From Cyanophora paradoxa CCMP329 (lineage: Eukaryota; Plantae; Glaucophyta): a stretch of 64,000 bases of DNA. Shown here one piece after another: positions 36,089 through 47,556 of this stretch. Made by a program: the position numbers and the translations under genes. The DNA is taken from NCBI GenBank assembly GCA_004431415.1, contig QPMI01000127.1, positions 1 to 64,000 of the forward strand. Reading direction: 5' to 3'. The stretch's first letter is position 1. Each line of letters begins with the position of its first letter. The notes below the pieces were generated by a model that was given only the letters and a program-made list of their open reading frames with translations, ran no database searches and was not told where the DNA came from.

Positions 36089-36541
36089 GGGGGTCATCTT
36101 CTCGCCGACCGAGTCGCCGGCGAACCCCACCTGGGCCAAGCACTGCCCGGGCCTCTTCATCCACTCCGAGTACGACCCCGAGGTCATCCGCGGGATCGTC
36201 AAGAACCAGCAGCGGATCGCCAAGAGCGGCCGCAAGCCCCCCGGCGTCTTCATCGTGCTCGACGACTGCATGTACAACAAGAACGCGATCTCGAACGACA
36301 AGTACCTGCGCTACGTATTCCAGAACGGCCGCCACAACGGGATCCACCTCGTGATCGCGGCCCAGTACCTCATGGACCTCGGCCCCGCCCTCCGCGGCAA
36401 CATCGACGTCATATTCGCCTGCTCCGAGAACAACGACACCACGCGCAAGAAGATCTGGACCAACTTCTTCGGCTATATGGACTACCTCGCCTTCAAGCAG
36501 GTCTTCTCGCAGGTGACGCAGGACTTCGGCGTCCTCGTCGC
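36089..36541 (+). pseudogene. A32-like packaging ATPase, fragment 2 (Walker B, arginine finger)
   Basis: GVIFSPTE...LFIHSEY...FIVLDDCMY...FQNGRH...QYLMDLGPALRGNIDVIF...RKKIWTNFFG...TQDFGVLV; lacks Walker A and the C-terminus. Confidence 0.95.
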
Positions 36542-36639
36542 TGCTGCCAGGCTGGGAGCTCTATCGGGCGAGTGGGGGCCCGGCCCGGTCGGGTGGGCTC
36601 TAATAATTTATTCCCCCCCCCTAAGAAGAAGGGTGGTAT

Positions 36640-37050
36640 AGGGTACTCGCGCGGCACCGACCCGGGCGGCGGCGGGTAGGGGCACCAGTTGTACATCTTC
36701 ATGACATAGATGCTGAATGCCGGGTCGAGCTGGATCAACTGCTTGGCATGCGCCTGGGCCTCCTCGACCGTCGCGAAGGCGCCGCGAATCTTGAAGGCGA
36801 AGGTGCTTCCCTTCTGCGTCCCAGGGATGTGCGCATCCTCGGGGGTGACAACCGATACGAGGGCGTACTGCAGGCCGGGGACCTCGATCGGGTCCGGCAC
36901 GGGCCGCACGCGGACGCCGGGCCCGGTGGGCTTTGGCTCCGGGAAGTTGGCCTCCGGCCTCACGTCCACCCCCGTCGCCTCACGGAGCATCTCCATGGCG
37001 GCGCCGGGGGGCAGGAAATCCTGGGAAGTGCCGTCGTCGCCGCCGCTCAT
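36640..37050 (-). pseudogene. DUF5832 conserved NCLDV protein, N-terminal fragment
   Basis: VPGLQYALVSVVTPE...FKIRGAFATVEEAQAHAKQL...DPAFSIYVMKMYNW. Confidence 0.8.
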
Positions 37051-38289
37051 GTCTCTTCTCCTCTGCTCTCACCATCGCTTCCCTTGACGACATGCACCCC
37101 CTGTGTAACCAGCCCCAGTGCGCCTGTTGGCCAGAGTAGGGTAGCATCCTCGAGGTGCCGATGAAAATCGGAAGAATGTGCAATCCCACGGAGCATTCGC
37201 GGGTCCACGATGCCGGCGATGAAGAACAGGGGTGCCCTGATGTCAAAGAGCCCCACCCGGTCGAGGACAGTCTGCTGCCCGGCCGAGCGGGACAGAACAG
37301 TGTGGTAGCGAGACGGGGGCCGCCGGAAGCCGATCATGGATATACCCCATCCTCGCCACAAAATTCCTTCACACACTAGGTGGCCTGAAGCGCCCTCCGC
37401 AGCTCCCTGAGCAGCCCGGTCGGCGGCAAGGGCTTCCCCGACTCGGTGCGGCAGGCCCCAGGCCCGTTGCACCGCCGCAGGAGGGCCCGCAGCCGCCGCC
37501 GGTCCCCGCGCACCGCCGCCAGGGCCTCCTGCTCGGTCCTGCACGTGCCCAGCGCCCCGCGCCAGGCCTCAAGGAGGCTCGCGTCGGAGGCGGCGCGGCG
37601 GTTGGTTCCGACGTACACGTCCTGGCGGGCCAGGCGGGCGCTCCTCCTCGGCCGCTGCTGTGAGGGGCCGGGGGCGCCGTCGTTGGGTACCCCTGGTGGG
37701 GGTGGCGCCGGTGGGGCCGGCGGCGGTCCCGGCGGCGCCGGCGGCCCGGGCGGCGCCGCCCCGGGCCCCCCTGGGCCTCCTCCTCGTCCTCGTCGTCGTC
37801 GTCGTCGCCCGCCGCCCCCTGCCCCTCCTCGTGGGGCGCCAGGAGCACCTCCTCTCCGTCCTCGTTGGCCTGCTCGACCTCGATGTGCCTCGCCCCGCGC
37901 ACGTGGGCCTGCACGCGCCCCGATGCCACCCCGGCCATCAGCCCTGCCTCCAGCACGTTGGCGGGCATGGCCCCCCGCATGCGCTCCACCCGGTTGGCTG
38001 CCTCTCGCTCGGGGGCGTAGATCCGGGCGCTGTCGCGCGGCTCCAGGCCCTGGATGCCCTCGAGCCTCCTGGGGGCCCCGGGGCGGCGCCGCGGCATGAG
38101 GATTTCCATGGCGCGCCCCCCTGACGACCGGCTCGCTCACCAGCTACGGGCTGGCCTACCGAGCTGGGCCTCGTCCGGGCCCTCCTGACCGGCGGGGGCG
38201 TCGGCGACGGGCGCGCCGCCGCGCTCGAATGGTGGCACTCCTTCGCCGCCCGCGAGCTGCTGCTGGGCGAGGCGCCGCCCGCCGGCAGC

Positions 38290-38756
38290 GGCCCGAGGGC
38301 ACCGCCGCCGCCCGGGCCGCCGCGGTCGAGGCCGCCGCGCGGGGGGCCGCGGAGGCGCGCGGCTTGGACGCGGCGGCAGAGGAGATCCGCGAGCGGCGGC
38401 GCCGCGCGGAGGCGGTCATCAAGGGGCTCGAGGAAGCGGTCGCGGAGGCAAACAAGCTGAAGGAGGAGGCGGCCGCGAAGGAGGCGCTGAAGGAGGAGTT
38501 GGCCGCCAAGAAGCGCAAGCTGGAGGAGGAGGCGGCCAACGCCGCGGCCAAGAAGCGCAAGCTGGAGGAGGAGGCGGCGGCATTGGCGACGGAGGCCGAG
38601 GCGATCAAGAAGGGGCTCGAGGAGGCTGCGGCGGCAGAGGAGGCGGTGACGAAGGTGGCCAAGGAGATGGCGGAGGCGGCAACGCAAGCGCCGCTGGGCA
38701 AGCTCGAGGAGCTCAAGGAGATACTGCACCTAGTGCAGCCGCGCAGATCGTCGTAG
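38290..38756 (+). CDS. coiled-coil repeat protein fragment
   Basis: AAKKRKLEEEAA and IK.GLEEA repeats. Confidence 0.6.
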
Positions 38757-39279
38757 TAGAGTAAGGGTGATACCGGCAAGTGTGGGGAGGCCGCGAACAT
38801 GGATTTTGCTGGAGGGGGCGACGCGGGCCGCCAGGCGGAAGGCACCGAGGGTGCCTCCCCGCAGCGTGAGGGTCATCTTGTCGTTGCCGAGCACGAAGAT
38901 GCGCGACTCGTTGCCGCCAGTGAGGAGCGTGCGGGCGCCGACGACGACGGCGGCGGGGCCGGCGCAGCGGGCGGCCCCGCCTGCGGCGGCCGCGGCCGCG
39001 GCGGCGGCGGCGGCGGCCCGAGGCCGTCGTCGTCGTCATCATCGCTCTCTGCCAGGTTTATCACTTCGGGGGGGGGCGCTGGGGCAGCTGGGCTGCTGCA
39101 GCTGCGAGGCGCTCGCCTCGCTCGAGCTCGTCGGCTGCACCCTCGACCCCCGCCGGCCCTGGCGGGCGGCGTCGGCCGTGCCGCTGACCGGCGGCGCCAA
39201 CGACCCCCTCCCCAGCGACCGGCGCCAGCGGATGGCCGAGGCCGGCGCCATGGCCGTCCGCGCCGTCGATCCGTCCTGG

Positions 39280-40617
39280 ATACTGCCTGGGACAATCCAC
39301 CCGGGCACCGTGGACAAGCCCGACCCGCAGCGGCGGCGCATGTACGAGTGCATGGAGGCCGACGGTAAGAAGAACTGGCAGCCGGAGATTGCGTTAGACC
39401 CAGGCATCAGGTCTCGCCCCCTCCCGGCCGGTGAACTCGTCCCGTACTCCTGGGTATCCATCCGGGCAATGCGGCAACTCTACTCGAACTCCGACATCGA
39501 CGGGGTCACGGACGTAGAAGACGACGGTGGAAACGGCGGCGGCTTCGATGCCCTGATGTTGGAGGAGGAGGACGAAACCGATGAACTCCTCGGCGGCGCC
39601 CGCCGGCGGATCGAGCCCCCCAGCAGACTGGCCCCGGGCCCGGAGCCTGTCGCAGGCCCCAGTGGCGCCGGCCCCCCCGAGGCCGCCCCCGGCCTGCAGC
39701 TGGCCATCCAGGTACCGCCGCCGCAACCGCCGCCGCTGGCCATCGAGGGGCCTCGTCGCAGGACTCCGGTTGTCCAGACGGGTCGCAGGACACCGGTTGT
39801 CCAGGCGGTGGCCGCCGGCGTTGGCAGGACTACAGCACCCCGGCCCAGCGGCCTCCGGCCAGGCTTCTTCGGAGGAGGCGTCGGCGGTGGTCGCAGGACG
39901 TCGACTCCGGCTGCCACGCTGGAGCCGCAGGCAGGCTTCTTTCAGCCGATAGTCGACGACGACCCCGACTTCGAAGATGCCGAAATGGACTTCCCGCTGC
40001 CCCCGCCCGATCGCCCGATTAAGCTTGAAACCCGACCTCCGACCTCTGTCGGCGGCGCCCTGGTGGTACCCGGGCGGCGGCCACAGCAGGTCCAATTCGA
40101 GGAGGCCGAGCCAGGGCTTTTCCAGCGGATCCGCGACGGGCTCGCAGGTTTCTTCGGCGGGGGTGGCAGATCCGGAAACGAAGAAGCTGTGGAAGGGCGA
40201 CCGTCGGCCACGTGGCAGAGGGTCCAGGGGGCCCTGGGGGCCCTTCGCCAGCTCCCAGCCGCGACCCAAGCGGCGGCGTGGTCTGTGTGGGACCAAATTC
40301 AAGAGTCGCGCGGGCGAATTCCCCCGGGTTTATTTAGCCAACTCGGTACGGCCGGCGCGCTTGCACTGCAGGCCCTCTGGGCCGCGTATCAGGAAGATCC
40401 GCGCGGGGTCTCTACGGCTCTGGCGCTGGCTGCGCCGGGCCGGGGCGCCGGTGCCGGCTTTTCTCCGTCCGGCTTCGTTCCAACGACCGGCCTGGTTCCG
40501 ACCGGCTCTGCGCCGACCGGATTGGTTCCGGTAACCGGCATGGTTCCGGTAACCGGCATGGTTCCGGCAGGCTTCAACAACGGCGGCCCCGGCATGGCCG
40601 CACTCCCTGGCTGGTAG
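39280..40617 (+). CDS. large low-complexity protein, C-terminal part (possibly more than one fragment)
   Basis: Open frame with GRRTPVVQ and GMVPVT tandem repeats, stop followed by T-tract. Confidence 0.5.
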   Translation: MLPGTIHPGTVDKPDPQRRRMYECMEADGKKNWQPEIALDPGIRSRPLPAGELVPYSWVSIRAMRQLYSNSDIDGVTDVEDDGGNGGGFDALMLEEEDETDELLGGARRRIEPPSRLAPGPEPVAGPSGAGPPEAAPGLQLAIQVPPPQPPPLAIEGPRRRTPVVQTGRRTPVVQAVAAGVGRTTAPRPSGLRPGFFGGGVGGGRRTSTPAATLEPQAGFFQPIVDDDPDFEDAEMDFPLPPPDRPIKLETRPPTSVGGALVVPGRRPQQVQFEEAEPGLFQRIRDGLAGFFGGGGRSGNEEAVEGRPSATWQRVQGALGALRQLPAATQAAAWSVWDQIQESRGRIPPGLFSQLGTAGALALQALWAAYQEDPRGVSTALALAAPGRGAGAGFSPSGFVPTTGLVPTGSAPTGLVPVTGMVPVTGMVPAGFNNGGPGMAALPGW

Positions 40618-40879
40618 CAGCTGTGTAGGCTCTAGGCGCGGCATTTTTTTTGTACCCAAACAGAGAGAGAGAGAGAGTTCCGATGTCCGACGTACTTACC
40701 CCTATCAGGGGGCGCCGGCTTTCCAGATGGCCTGCGCCCGACGTGAAAGAGGTGAACCCGAACGGAAAGCGAACCAAAGGATCAGGACGGCAGGTGACCG
40801 TGTATGCCCGCCTGCTCTCCATGTGGGAGTGGGGGGAGAGGGGCCGCCCGGGGGCGCGCCTTGTCATCTACGCCGCGGG

Positions 40880-41865
40880 AGCATAACGGGGACGTTCCCG
40901 GGGGCGCCCATGTCCTTCTCCTCGTACCGTACGGGAATGGTCGCGGGGGTCCCCCAGTCGGGGCCCCTCCGAATGTCCCACTTCCTGGGCAAGGGGCCCC
41001 TCGGGCATGGGGCGACGTCCCTGTCGGCGGCCGAGCTCGGGCAGGGCCTGAGCAGCCTGCAGGGCACGCGCTTCCTCGTTACGTCCAATATCACCACGTT
41101 CGGCGGCACCGTCCGCTGGGTGTGCGACCCCACGAACGCCTTCCCCGCCTACACGATGGCCTTCCTGCCGACGGGGACCCCCGAGGGCGTCCCCATGCTC
41201 TCGATCACCTATGAAGGCAGCTTCGAGGCACGCGTCCCCTACTCCACGCTGGGCATCAGCAACACGGCGGCATGGGCCCTGACCGTCGCGGTCGAGCCGG
41301 GGGGGTTCCGCATCTACACCCCGCGGGGGGCCGAGGGCACCTTCTACGGGGTCCAGCCCGGGAGCCCCGGCTCCTCCCTTGCCCGGCTCGAGGTGGCCGA
41401 CGGGATGGCCGTGAGGCGCACCATGAGCGTCCGCTGCTTGTACACGTACACGGGGGCCGAACAGCTGTTCACCGTGCCCCCCTCGGTCACCTCGCTCTAC
41501 TTCAAGCTCTGGGGCGGCGCCGGGGTGGGCAACGCCGGCCTCGGCGGCGGCGGGGGGTTCACCTCGGCGCTCCTGGCGGTGAGCCCGGGGCAGGTCCTGC
41601 GCATCATCACGGGTGGGGCCGGGGCCTGGGGCGTGGGCGGCTTCGGTGGGGGCGGCTCCGGGAACGGCACGTCCGTCGCGGGCGGGGGGAGGTCCGCCGT
41701 GCGCCTCAGCGGGGCGTGGCGGACATCATCACGGCCGGCGGGGCGGGGCGGCGGCTCGTACGGCCAGACCGGCGGCGGCGGCGCCGGCGGCGGCCTGGTC
41801 GGCCAGAACGGACACGGCGGCTCGACCGGCGGCACGCAGACCGCGGGGGGGGCCGCGGGCGGGGA
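40880..41865 (+). pseudogene. glycine-rich-domain protein fragment (paralogue 3) with indels
   Basis: YTYTGAEQLFTVPPSVTSLYFKLWGGAG...GGGRSAVR; the expected DIITAGG motif is out of frame at about 41715-41745. Confidence 0.7.
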
Positions 41866-42898
41866 CGACAAAGCCCTGGTTGAGGAAACCGGAGAGGATG
41901 GAGTAGGCACGGAAGGCGTAGTCGACGAAGTGGGCGACGCGGGCGATGGCGTACGTCTTGAGCGGGGGGCGGGGGGCGCGCTTGCGCTTCGCTTCCTCGG
42001 CGGCGATGACCGCATCCAGGCGCTCCTGGCAGCGGCGAGCTACATTGGAGCGGCCCAGCGAACCGGTTGCCGAGGGCTAAACTGAAAGTGGGCCTGTCGG
42101 TCGGTCGGTCGGTCGGTCGGTTCGGAGCGAGCGGACGGCGAGCACAGGCGAGCGAGCGAGCGAGCGAGCTCACCGTTCTCCCCCTCTCTCATCCACATCC
42201 TCCTCTTCCCAGCAAAACTTGGTGCTCATCCTGCGCCGACTCTGTGGCCTGCGCCGGCAGCACGGGCCAAGGAGAGCGCACCTTCGTGCTATTGCAAGCT
42301 CCTGCTGTGTGTGTGCGCGCGCGCGGATGGTCGCTCCGGCCGCCGCCGGTCGACCACAACAAGCAAGGGGGGGGGGGAGTGGTCTAGGGGGGTACACGTG
42401 CGCGTCGCGACCTTCCGGCTTCTGTCGCGATGGGAGACAACATCAGCCGCATTCAGGATGCCCACGAAGTGCTGGTTGCATCGCTGCGGGGACTTCGATT
42501 TGGCGAGCGCGCGCAGTCTCCAATCTTCGTGTTCCGCATGCTCGTGACGGAGCTCGACGGCACTGCCACGCCCAAACTGCTGGAAACTTCCTTGAATCTG
42601 CTCAGACTCGCCCGGGCCCTCAACTGCCGCGTCGACAACTGCGGGCCCCGCGCCCGGCACGGGCGCCTCCCCTCGATCCTGGGCCCCACGGGGGTCGTGG
42701 CGGCGACGCTGCCGTGCGTGCACGTGCGGAACGACCCCCGCGCGCCCCTCACGTCGGACGGCGTGGCCCTCCCCATCGTGCCCGCCGACCGCTTCCAGCC
42801 CCTCCTCCGGCGGCTGGCCTGCGCCGCCGCCCCCCGCCCCTAGCTTAGTTCGCTGTGTTTTTTTTTTTTGTAGAACAAGGCAATCAGACATCCCGACG

Positions 42899-43153
42899 AT
42901 GCAGGATCAGGATGTCAAATTCTACCTCTTTGCGCTTTCTTGGGTAGGAATCGGGGTAATGCTCGTGAGTGTATTTATCATCATCGCCGGCGCGACGAGG
43001 CAGGAGAAAGACGACGGTGCTCGCCGGAAAAGGAAGGCGATAATGATCGCCGGGGGGGTCGCGGCGGCGGCGGGGCTCATCTCGATGCTGCCCTACCCGA
43101 TCTACCTCATGGCCCGCCGCGGGCGCGCCGGTGCACGTGGCATCCGCCTCTAA
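42899..43153 (+). CDS. small two-TM membrane protein
   Basis: Complete 84 aa ORF between T-rich spacers. Confidence 0.6.
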   Translation: MQDQDVKFYLFALSWVGIGVMLVSVFIIIAGATRQEKDDGARRKRKAIMIAGGVAAAAGLISMLPYPIYLMARRGRAGARGIRL

Positions 43154-43344
43154 GCGACCGCGCTGCTGCCCTGAGTTTTTTCTCGTCGCACTCATCATCA
43201 TCGGCCCCCCCCATGGACCAGTGGCGCGCGAAGTGGGCGGACAAGTGGGGCGAGGTTGCCGGCGCGTACGACCAGTGGGGCGCCCGGTGGGCCGACGCCC
43301 GCGCGGCTGCCGTCGGCGACGTCAACCGCCGCGCGGCCGAGGCC

Positions 43345-44200
43345 CGGCGGAGAATCCTACGCTCGATGTGCGTTGGCCGGCCTGCGCGCGCACGCGAGGC
43401 GGGCGGCGGCGAACTGACTTAGCGTTCGCCAGTCGATGCCGTCCGATATCGTGAACCTCATCGCCCACCACCGTCCGCCGCGCCGCCCCCGGCCTGCGCC
43501 GCCCCGCCTCTCACGCCGGGGCCGCCAGCTGTTCTGCCTCCTTAAGCGCGGCCCCGCGTCGGCCCCCTCGGCGCTCTTCTCTGCCGTCGAGGAGCTCGAG
43601 GTGATCACCTTCAAGGAGCACGCGCTCGACACGGTCGAGAAGGAGCGGCGGGCCCTGCTGGCCGACGGCTACGAGGCCCCCGTGGGGCTCCTCCACTTCC
43701 TCGGCGGCCGGATGGACCACGTCGCGCCCCGCGTCAAGAAGCTCGCCGTCCACTTCGGCCCGCCCGTCGCGCTCAGCTCGGGCCGCTGGAAGTTCCGCCC
43801 GGGCTGCAGGTGGCGGTGGTACGCCCCGACGGGGAAGGTCCGCCGCCGGCCCGCGCCCCCGCTCGCTCGCTCGCTCGCTCGCCCACCGCCCGCCCGCAGG
43901 AGGCCGGCCGCCACGCCCGCGTCCTCGGGATCATCGACCTGCTGGCCGTCGGCTGCCCCGGGCTCGAGGCGATCCGCACGCGGCGCTGGCTCGACCCCGC
44001 CGAGGACGGCCGCCGGACCGAGTTCCTGACGTCGGCCTACTCCGGCTCGTCCGTTGGCGTCGTCGAGGCCGAGGACTACACCGGCCGCGCCTGCTCGCCC
44101 AGCGCATCCTGGCCCCTCCTCCTGAGCCACCCCGGCAAGTCGGCCTTCTGGGAGTCGAACGCGCTCCCCGTGCGCCGGCCGCCCCGCCGCCCCGCAGACG
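43345..44200 (+). CDS. intron-containing F-box/LRR-like gene fragments
   Basis: TLD|SMPSDIVNLIAHH across a GTGCGT...CTGAC...CAG intron (43368-43432); further GTCCGC...CAG introns; VEELEV, VKKLAV, CPGLEAI motifs. Confidence 0.55.
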
Positions 44201-44229
44201 CCGACCTGGCGGCAGGAGATGGCGGAGGA

Positions 44230-45665
44230 GGGGGTCGAGGAGGCCCACGACGGGCTGCCCCCCTGGGGAGGTCCGGGATGCCTGTGGAGACTGTAGTGCC
44301 ACCGGCGTCGCCCCTGCCCTGTGCCCTGGGACGAACTGCCCCCCCGGGGAGGCCCGGGATGCATGCGGAGACTGTAGTGCGACGGGCGCCGCCCCGCCCC
44401 TTTGCCCCTCGACGGGCTGCCCCCCCGGGGAGGTCCGGGATGCCTGTGGAGACTGCAGTGCCACGGGCGAGGCCCCGCCCGTGTGCCCCGCGACGGGGTG
44501 CGCCCCGGGGCACGACCGCGGCGGCGCCGTCTCGGGCGCCTTCTTCTGCTCCGCCCGGGGCCGGGCGTTCTGGCTGAGGCACGGCGGCGGCTCCTCTTTC
44601 TCCTTTACGGCGGCCCCGGCCTTGGACCCGACCTCCGCCACCATCGAGCAGGTCCTGCAGGCCGACCCTGCCCTCGGGGGCGCCCCCCCTGGAACCCGGT
44701 CCGAAACGCCTGCCGCACCCCCGAGAACCCCGGCGGCGAGTGCGTGCCGGCCCGCTCCGACCCCAACATCTGCCTCAACGGGTGCACCGCCGACAAGCCC
44801 AACCGGGCCGACCCCCGCTGCCCGACCCGGTGCTCCCGGTTCCCCGGCGGCAAGTGCGACTCGGGCTGCCCGCCCGAGGCCCCCTACCTTACGGCCTGCG
44901 GCTGCGAGCCGGGCCCCGCGGCCGCGCCAGGCATGTGCATGGACGGGTGCGCCCCCGGCTTCCGCCGCAACCACCCGGGGTGCACGGGCGTGCCAGGCGC
45001 CCTCGTGGGCGAGTGTGTGCCCGACAATCAGTACGTCTCCTACCGGACCTGCCTGAACGGGTGCACCTCCGATGCCCCCTTCCGCAACGAGTGCGGACAG
45101 TGCGATCGTACCCCGGACCGCCGTAAGGACGACTGTGGCGTCTGCGGGGGCAACAACCGCAATAAGAACATCTGCGGCAACTGCTTCCGGGACGGCCTCG
45201 AGTGCACCTCCCCCGGTTGCACCCTCGGACAGAAGCGCAACTTCTTCTGCGAGCACTGCGTCCCGCACGGGGACGCAGAGACATTCATGTTCCCCGTCTG
45301 CCCCGGCACGGGGTGCCCACCGGGCCAGACCAAGGACCGGTGCGGTGTGTGCGGGGGCGCCGACGAGTGCGTCGGATGCAATGGGGTCCCGAACTCGGGC
45401 TGGAAGCTGAACGCGTGCGCCGAGTGCGTGCCCCCGTCGGCCTCATCTATCGTGTGCAAAAACGGGTGCGAGGCCGGCCAGTCGAAGGACGACTGTGGAA
45501 ACTGCAGCGAGAAACCCCTGCCCAAGGACACATGCGGGGTGTGCGGGGGCGACAACAGCTCGTGTACGGACAGGGTGTGCCTCGCAAAGAAGAAGTATGG
45601 AATGGACAGCGGGTACTGCAACGTCTACAAGACCACCCAGCTGGGGCAGGGCAAGGATCCAATCA
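44230..45665 (+). CDS. Cys-rich repeat protein fragments
   Basis: NGC, TGCPPG and KD.CGVCGG repeats; interrupted at about 44520-44680 by an unrelated piece. Confidence 0.75.
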
Positions 45666-45879
45666 TCTTCGTCAGGCGCCATCGAGTTCCTGGTTCGGCC
45701 GGCCGCCGCGCCCCCTCCCCGTGCCGACCGCCGACCGCAGCTCGACGACGCGATCGACTCCATGCGCGATCTGCAGCACGGCCTGGTGGACATCCTGCAG
45801 ATGCGCCCGCCGAAGGACGTGACGGTGCGCAGTTCGCCCCCCCGCCGCCCGCCCGCCTTCACGTCCGGGCGCCAGGTGG

Positions 45880-46510
45880 AGGTCAGCCCCGCCCTGGCGC
45901 GGCGTGCGATCGGCGAGATCGTCGTCCGCGCCTACAAGCTCCACCCCGTACTTTTTGACGCTGGCCGGTCCACCCTCCAGCCACACATGCAGTACGCAGG
46001 CGACGTGAGCCGCGAGCCCGTCGCCCCGCTGGTCATCTCGACCCTCACCCGGAAAGGCCTCAAGATGCTGCCCGAGACCGGCTGTGTGCCCCCCCCCGCC
46101 CCCGCCCCCGCCCCCGCCCCCGCCAGCCGGTCTGACGGGCCAGGCCAGTCGCCTTCGGCAGCTTCTATGCCTTCGAGGGCACGGTGTTCGCGATGCCGCA
46201 CTTCCAGTGCGCGTTCCAGTGGTGGGAGGTTCGTGTGAGCGCGCTCAACCGCGGCGGCGGGCCGTACTCACCATGCGCGCCCCGGGCTGCAGGGTCTCGT
46301 GCTCGATCTGGACGATCGCGCCATGAACGGCAGGTTCATCGGGTACCGGTTCTTGTTCCACCAGCGGCCGGTACGTCCCCGTGCCCCCCCCCCCCCCCCC
46401 CCCGCCGGGCTGATTGGCGACAGGCCGCAAGCTACAAAGACAACGGCAGCAAGTTCGACTTCATCGCCGAGGGCGAGAGCGAGAGCGAGGACGAGGAGGA
46501 GGCTACCTGC
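45880..46510 (+). CDS. intron-containing gene fragment, paralogue of 57240-58582
   Basis: Introns 46084-46148, 46229-46292, 46371-46423 restore PLVISTLTRKGLKMLPETGFAFGSFYAFEGTVFAMPHFQCAFQWWEGLVLDLDDRAMNGRFIGYRFLFHQRP. Confidence 0.8.
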
Positions 46511-46619
46511 CCCGCCTCCCTTCCCCCGCCCCCCCCGGCCCCGGCGTCCTCCTCCCGGAGCGGCCTCCGCGAGCGGTCAGCCGCCCCGCCCGCCCCGCCG
46601 CCCCGCCCCCGCCCGACTC

Positions 46620-47190
46620 CGTCACCCCCGGAAACCCCGAGCGTTCCTCCCACAGAGGTGCTGGCCAGTGTCGTGGCTCCTGTCACGCCCAGTGTGCCCC
46701 CGAGCGTGGTGGCCCCCGTCACGTTCAGGGCACCCCCTACGTGCGCCGCCCCGGCCACGCCCAGCCCGCCCGACGTGCGCACCGAGCCCGTCGTCGAGCT
46801 TGTTGCAGCGCCTGTACTGGTGCACACAAGGTCGCCGCCGACGTAGGTGTTCCCCGCGACCCCCAGGCCGCCTGCCGTTCGGAGGGAACCTGTTGTGGTG
46901 GATGTGGAGGCCGTCGAGTTGTTGACAATGACACCCCCTCCGGTATAGATGTGGCCTCCTACTCCCAGCCCCCCCGTCACACGGAGCGCGCCTGTCGACG
47001 AGTTGACGGACGCTGTGCCACTCGTGCACACGATCTCTTTACCGACGTAGAGTGCCCCCATGACCGCGGCGCCGCCTGCGGCGCGCACCGAGCCTGTCGT
47101 TGTGCTCGTTGCCTCCGTTGTGCTAGTACACACGATGTCGCCGCCGACATAGGCGTTCTTTGCAACGCCCAGGCCGCCCGCAGTGCGGAG
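46620..47190 (-). CDS. fibre/spike-like repeat protein fragment
   Basis: Repeats of STTTGSLRTAGGLGVAGNTYVGG and GTLGVTGATTL. Confidence 0.8.
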
Positions 47191-47556
47191 GGCCTGCCCG
47201 CCCCCCCAACCCTCGACGGTGCGCCGCCCACGGCCACTGCCGAGGTGGGCGCGGGGCCGCTCTTCAGGGCCACGTACAGCGCTGCCGGGCGGGTGGTGCA
47301 GTGGACAACAGCAGCCGCCACGTCGGCAGCAACGGTCAACCTGGTGGCGTGCGTGTTCGCCTAGATATTTTTCGATCATCAAACAAAAACGTTAACATGG
47401 AATCAATCATCCTGTCGCACCTCGAGAACGAGCGCTGGGTGAGCAGCAACTCGCGGAACCCCGCGTGGAGGTGCCCTGATCGTTGGCGCTGGGGTCATTG
47501 CTGTTTTCGTCACCACCATTCTGCTGGCAGTTTACCTCCTCCGGCGAGAACCACAG

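Noticed and set aside
35934-36641. Complete A32 ATPase gene as given by the ORF track
   Set aside because: Lacks Walker A; the first about 50 and last about 30 codons come from unrelated segments.
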